Below are positions 60,236-64,000 of a stretch of DNA of 64,000 bases, in pieces. Source of the stretch: an uncultured Candidatus Actinomarinales bacterium (GTDB taxonomy: Bacteria; Actinomycetota; Acidimicrobiia; Actinomarinales; Actinomarinaceae); NCBI GenBank assembly GCA_943789065.1, contig CALSSQ010000001.1, positions 32,650 through 96,649 of the forward strand, in the 5' to 3' direction. The number at the start of each line of letters is the position of its first letter. The first letter of the stretch is position 1. The translations under genes and the position numbers were made by a program. The notes beneath the pieces were generated by a model, which worked only from the letters and a program-made list of their open reading frames with translations, made no database searches and was not told the origin of the DNA.

Positions 60236-60265
60236 AGGGTAATACGCTTGTGAAATAATGCACAA
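60236..60265 (-). promoter_or_regulatory. Rex-like operator plus -10 upstream of menA-menG
   Basis: Minus strand TTGTGCA-TTAT-TTCACAA-GCGTAT-TACCCT, 7 nt before the ATG at 60228. Confidence 0.6.
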
Positions 60266-60310
60266 AGTCTTATGGATTTATTTATAAATTTCAAATTCAT
60301 ATAAAATGAA

Positions 60311-62074
60311 ATGATGTTCAATGTCTTCAAAACACCAGAATTTAAAAAAGCCCTTACTTTCTATAAAGAGGGTGTTAAGGAAAATAAAAGAAGCTTTATT
60401 GTCTCAATGCTTTCAGCAGTTGTGTGGTGTTTTTTAATAGTTATTCAGCCATACATTATCAAGAGAATAATTGATGAAGGGATTGTTGGCCAAAATCAAC
60501 AAATATTAATCGTATTAATTTCGTTCATGTTAATTATTGGATACATTCGTGCAACAACAATTGGGGTACGTAGGTTCTATTCAATGCATGTCTCATATAA
60601 CGTTGAAGCTGGAATTAGAAATAGAATTTTTACACACATGCAAAAGTTAGCATTTAACTTTCACGATAAGGTTCCAACAGGAGAGTTGATGGCTAGAGCC
60701 TCAAGTGATGCATCTCAAGTCAGGCTCGCATTTGCTATTGCTCCATTAGCAACGGCTAACATTTTATTGCTGATCATATTAAGTATTACCCTTTTAAGCC
60801 TTAGTTTGCCGCTAGGGTCTATGGTTCTACTTTCTATACCAGCAGTGTTGTGGCTCGCATCTAGTTTTTCTGCAAAAGCAATGGGCGTTTCTTTGAGAGT
60901 AAAGGAAGCAGAAGCACAAATGACTACCGAGGTAGAGGAACAACTTGGCGGTATAAGAGTTGTGAAAGCATTTGGAAATGAAGAACTAGCATCTTCAAAA
61001 GTAGAATCAGCCATATCTAACATATACGACACATCCCTTGAATATCTGAACTTAAGAACAAGATTTGTCCCACTCTTTGAGCTAATACCAATGGTTATTA
61101 CATTGCTCGTATTATTACTCGGAGGTTATTTATCAATAAATGAATTGATTACTCTTGGAGATTTTATTGCATTTACACAATATGTCTTTTTGTTATTGTG
61201 GCCATTAAGAATTACAGCGTGGTTTTTATCTGAGATACCTTCAAGTGTTTCTGCAGGTATAAGAATCCTAGAGCTACTTGATGAAGAACCAACAATCGTT
61301 GATGATAATTCAGATACAGCTTTTCCAGTAGAGGGAATAGGAGCTATAAAATTTTCTAACGTTACTTTTAAGTACGGAAAAGAAAAAATATTTGATGACC
61401 TCTCTTTTGAAATTGAAGGTAAGAAGACAGTCGCCATTGTAGGTTCAACAGGATCTGGAAAATCAACTTTAGCATACTTACTACCAAGACTTTACGATAT
61501 TGAGTCCGGAGATATTGAGATTGATGGTGTCAATATAAACAACGTTAAACTCAGCGAATTAAGATCTGAGGTAAGCCTTGCATTTGAAGAAAGCTTTCTT
61601 TTTTCAAACTCAGCAAGAGAAAATATTTCTTTAGGTACTGATGAAGCATCAGATGAGCAAATACAAGATGCGGCAAATATTGCTAAAGCGCATGAATTCA
61701 TCTCTCAATTACCAGAATCATATGAGACTAAAGTTGGTGAGAGGGGTTATGGTCTCTCTGGAGGACAGAGACAGAGAATAGCTTTAGCTCGAGCTATCTT
61801 AAGACAGCCTAGGGTACTTATCCTAGACGATGCTTTATCGGCAGTGGATGCCTCAACTGAAGAAGAAATAAGAGCTGAACTTAAAAATGTCATGTCAGAT
61901 ATGACAACACTAATAATTACAAACCGTGTTCCAACAATTGAACTCTGTGATGACGTTGTCTTTATTGAGAATGGTAAGGTTAAGGCCCAAGGAAATCACA
62001 CAGATTTAATTGAAAATGTTGATAGCTACAAAGCGTTATTTCTTGAAAGCCAATCTTCTGGGCTTGATAAATGA
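60311..62074 (+). CDS. Heterodimeric ABC exporter subunit (degenerate nucleotide-binding site)
   Basis: TMD plus NBD: GSTGSGKS, LSGGQRQR, Walker B ILDD, H-switch replaced (ITNR). Confidence 0.88.
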   Translation: MMFNVFKTPEFKKALTFYKEGVKENKRSFIVSMLSAVVWCFLIVIQPYIIKRIIDEGIVGQNQQILIVLISFMLIIGYIRATTIGVRRFYSMHVSYNVEAGIRNRIFTHMQKLAFNFHDKVPTGELMARASSDASQVRLAFAIAPLATANILLLIILSITLLSLSLPLGSMVLLSIPAVLWLASSFSAKAMGVSLRVKEAEAQMTTEVEEQLGGIRVVKAFGNEELASSKVESAISNIYDTSLEYLNLRTRFVPLFELIPMVITLLVLLLGGYLSINELITLGDFIAFTQYVFLLLWPLRITAWFLSEIPSSVSAGIRILELLDEEPTIVDDNSDTAFPVEGIGAIKFSNVTFKYGKEKIFDDLSFEIEGKKTVAIVGSTGSGKSTLAYLLPRLYDIESGDIEIDGVNINNVKLSELRSEVSLAFEESFLFSNSARENISLGTDEASDEQIQDAANIAKAHEFISQLPESYETKVGERGYGLSGGQRQRIALARAILRQPRVLILDDALSAVDASTEEEIRAELKNVMSDMTTLIITNRVPTIELCDDVVFIENGKVKAQGNHTDLIENVDSYKALFLESQSSGLDK

Positions 62075-63792
62075 GCAACAATACTTTTTTAAGATCATTT
62101 AAGTTAGTACCGGAAATAAGTAGACCGTTCCTCTGGAGCTCTTTAATAGCCCTTACAGGTTCAGGACTAAGAATGATTGGCCCACAATTGATTTCAAGAG
62201 GTATTGATAATGGAGTCTTGAAATCTGACTATCAGTATCTACTACAGCAAAGCTTCTTTTACTTCATCACACTAGTTTTGCTTTATTTTGTAGCAAGTAA
62301 AGCACTCTTAGCTATTGGTCTCGTTGGAGAATCTTATGTAAGAAGTATTCGAGAAAAACTTTTTAAACACCTTGCTTCTTTAGATATTAATTATTTTGAA
62401 AAGAACAAGACAGGTGTTCTTGTTGCAAGAATGACTTCCGACATGCAAAGCCTCAATGAATTCGCTAGAGAGGGTGCAAGCAGCGTGATAACCGCCCTAT
62501 TAACAATTTTTGGGGCAACTGTTGCTGTATTTCTAGTAGATGTTCAATTAGCATTCCTATCTTTTCTTATCTTACCTCTACTTGGTGTAGCAACTAAAAT
62601 ATTTCGAAACCATGCTGACAAAACATACTGGGCAGTTAGAGAGTGGATTGGTCAGGTATTATCATCACTCCAAGAAGGAATATCCGGAGTCAGAATCATT
62701 CAAGCGTATGCTGATGAAAAATCACAATTTAATAAATTTAAAAATGTTAATGACGAACATTTAAAAGCTAATATGCAATCAGCTAAAAATATAGCTATAT
62801 ATTTTCCCTTTCTTGAAATCACACGGGTAACTTCCATAGCAGTAGTAATTTGGTTTGCTTCTTTAAGAATTAATGAAGGAACTTTGTCTGTAGGGGAATT
62901 GGTCGCTCTCTTGTTTTATTTAAACTATTTTTTCGATCCATTAATACAACTCTCATTTAATTATGATCTTTTAAGATCAGCAGGGTCTTCAATGAAGAAA
63001 GTATTTTCAATTCTAGACGAGGAACCTGTACTAAGCACTATGGGCTCTCAGTCCCCGAATATGGAATCAAACAATGTAATTGAATTTGAAAATGTATCGT
63101 TTTCTTATGGTAGGGAGACGGTATTGCACAATGTTGACTTTTCTATTATGAAGGGAGAGAAAATAGCAATTGTAGGGGAGACCGGTGCAGGTAAGAGCAC
63201 TATAGCTAAATTAATTCTTAGGTTTTACCTTTCTACAGAAGGAGACGTTAAATTTTACAATGAGTCAGCAAAAGATGTAAGCCAGAGATGGGCTAGAAAA
63301 AATATTGCTTATGTTCCCCAGGAAAGTTTTCTATTTAGGGGCACTATCCGAGATAATCTTATATATTCCAATCCAACAAAAATAAAGCTAGAGCAGGAGC
63401 TAAGTGAGATAGGTGTATTGGGTTGGTTTGAAAGATATGAAAATGGTCTGGACCAAGAAGTTGGAGAGAGAGGCTCAAATGTATCTGCTGGAGAAAGACA
63501 ATTTATTGCCCTACTTCGTGCAGTTCTTGCAAAAAGAGAAATCATTGTTTTTGATGAAGCAACAGCCAATCTCGATATAGAATCTGAAAACTCAATCCTT
63601 GATGCGACAGATACGCTGCTTGACTATCAAACTTCCATAGTTATTGCTCATAGGTTGGAGACAATCTTGAATGCAGAAAAAATACTAGTAATGAGAGATG
63701 GGAAGTTGGTTGGCTTCGATAATCATGAAAATCTTTTAAGCGACAATGAAATATATAAAGATTTATTCTCTGCTTGGAATCTAAGTAGCTAG
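62071..63792 (+). CDS. Heterodimeric ABC exporter subunit
   Basis: GETGAGKS, degenerate signature VSAGERQ, VFDEA, IAHR; ATGA-coupled to the upstream subunit. Confidence 0.88.
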   Translation: MSNNTFLRSFKLVPEISRPFLWSSLIALTGSGLRMIGPQLISRGIDNGVLKSDYQYLLQQSFFYFITLVLLYFVASKALLAIGLVGESYVRSIREKLFKHLASLDINYFEKNKTGVLVARMTSDMQSLNEFAREGASSVITALLTIFGATVAVFLVDVQLAFLSFLILPLLGVATKIFRNHADKTYWAVREWIGQVLSSLQEGISGVRIIQAYADEKSQFNKFKNVNDEHLKANMQSAKNIAIYFPFLEITRVTSIAVVIWFASLRINEGTLSVGELVALLFYLNYFFDPLIQLSFNYDLLRSAGSSMKKVFSILDEEPVLSTMGSQSPNMESNNVIEFENVSFSYGRETVLHNVDFSIMKGEKIAIVGETGAGKSTIAKLILRFYLSTEGDVKFYNESAKDVSQRWARKNIAYVPQESFLFRGTIRDNLIYSNPTKIKLEQELSEIGVLGWFERYENGLDQEVGERGSNVSAGERQFIALLRAVLAKREIIVFDEATANLDIESENSILDATDTLLDYQTSIVIAHRLETILNAEKILVMRDGKLVGFDNHENLLSDNEIYKDLFSAWNLSS

Positions 63793-63999
63793 TTTATTTG
63801 ACTCTTTAATTCTAGTTTCAGCTAATTCACAATATTCATTATTAATTTCATAACCTACATAGTGCCTATTTAATTTTTGTGCAGCAATCGCTGTTGTTCC
63901 ACTTCCGATAAATGGATCTAGTATTAAGTCTTTTTCGTAGGAGTACAAATTAATAAATCTTTCTGCCAGTTCTATAGGAAAGGGTGCTGGATGACCAAT
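63781..63999 (-). CDS. C-terminus of an N4/N6 DNA methyltransferase (beta class); partial
   Basis: Hand translation [51 protein letters not shown]...; DPFxGSGTT is motif I. Confidence 0.85.
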   Translation of the reverse strand: MGHPAPFPIELAERFINLYSYEKDLILDPFIGSGTTAIAAQKLNRHYVGYEINNEYCELAETRIKESNKLAT

Positions 64000-64000
64000 C

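Noticed and set aside
60229-60330. N-terminal extension of the menA ORF in the track
   Set aside because: It overlaps the divergent ABC gene start and the operator/-10 region; ATG 60228 fits better
60311-63792. Degenerate catalytic motifs in the ABC exporter pair as a novelty
   Set aside because: Normal asymmetry of heterodimeric exporters (TM287/288, TmrAB type)
63781-64000. DNA methyltransferase as part of a restriction or defence system
   Set aside because: Only the C-terminus is visible and no nuclease partner is in the window; cannot be judged

Overview
Low-GC, densely packed bacterial chromosome segment that looks like a streamlined marine actinobacterium. Ca. Actinomarina-like is an inference from the small DTE-motif actinobacterial rhodopsin next to a photolyase, the eno-divIC-DUF501-ppx-tRNA-Leu block and widespread leaderless genes. 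Core content: archaeal-type GAPDH divergent from ppdK, fabI plus a full FAS-II/acyl-CoA carboxylase/biotin cluster, rplY-pth-pgsA-mazG-eno-ppx, an alpha-glucoside-type sugar ABC system, photolyase-rhodopsin-dsbB-thioredoxin, menG and a split-barrel-MenA fusion, a heterodimeric ABC exporter and a partial DNA methyltransferase. Two accessory islands encode acidic, low-complexity-stalked secreted lipoproteins, many with zincin-like motifs. Best candidates for something new: (1) an integrase-free cassette array downstream of tRNA-Arg, punctuated by three co-oriented tRNA-Val 3' fragments, in which a conserved promoter/signal-peptide module is joined to unrelated extracellular domains; (2) a shared Rex-like operator-promoter unit in front of both the rhodopsin gene and menA-menG; (3) an EHxxH-type peptidase-like lipoprotein family and non-canonical lipoboxes. 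Frameshifts cluster near 7.8 kb, 20-23.3 kb and 37.7-42.5 kb and most likely reflect sequencing indels. All calls come from reading the sequence and the ORF track; no searches were run.
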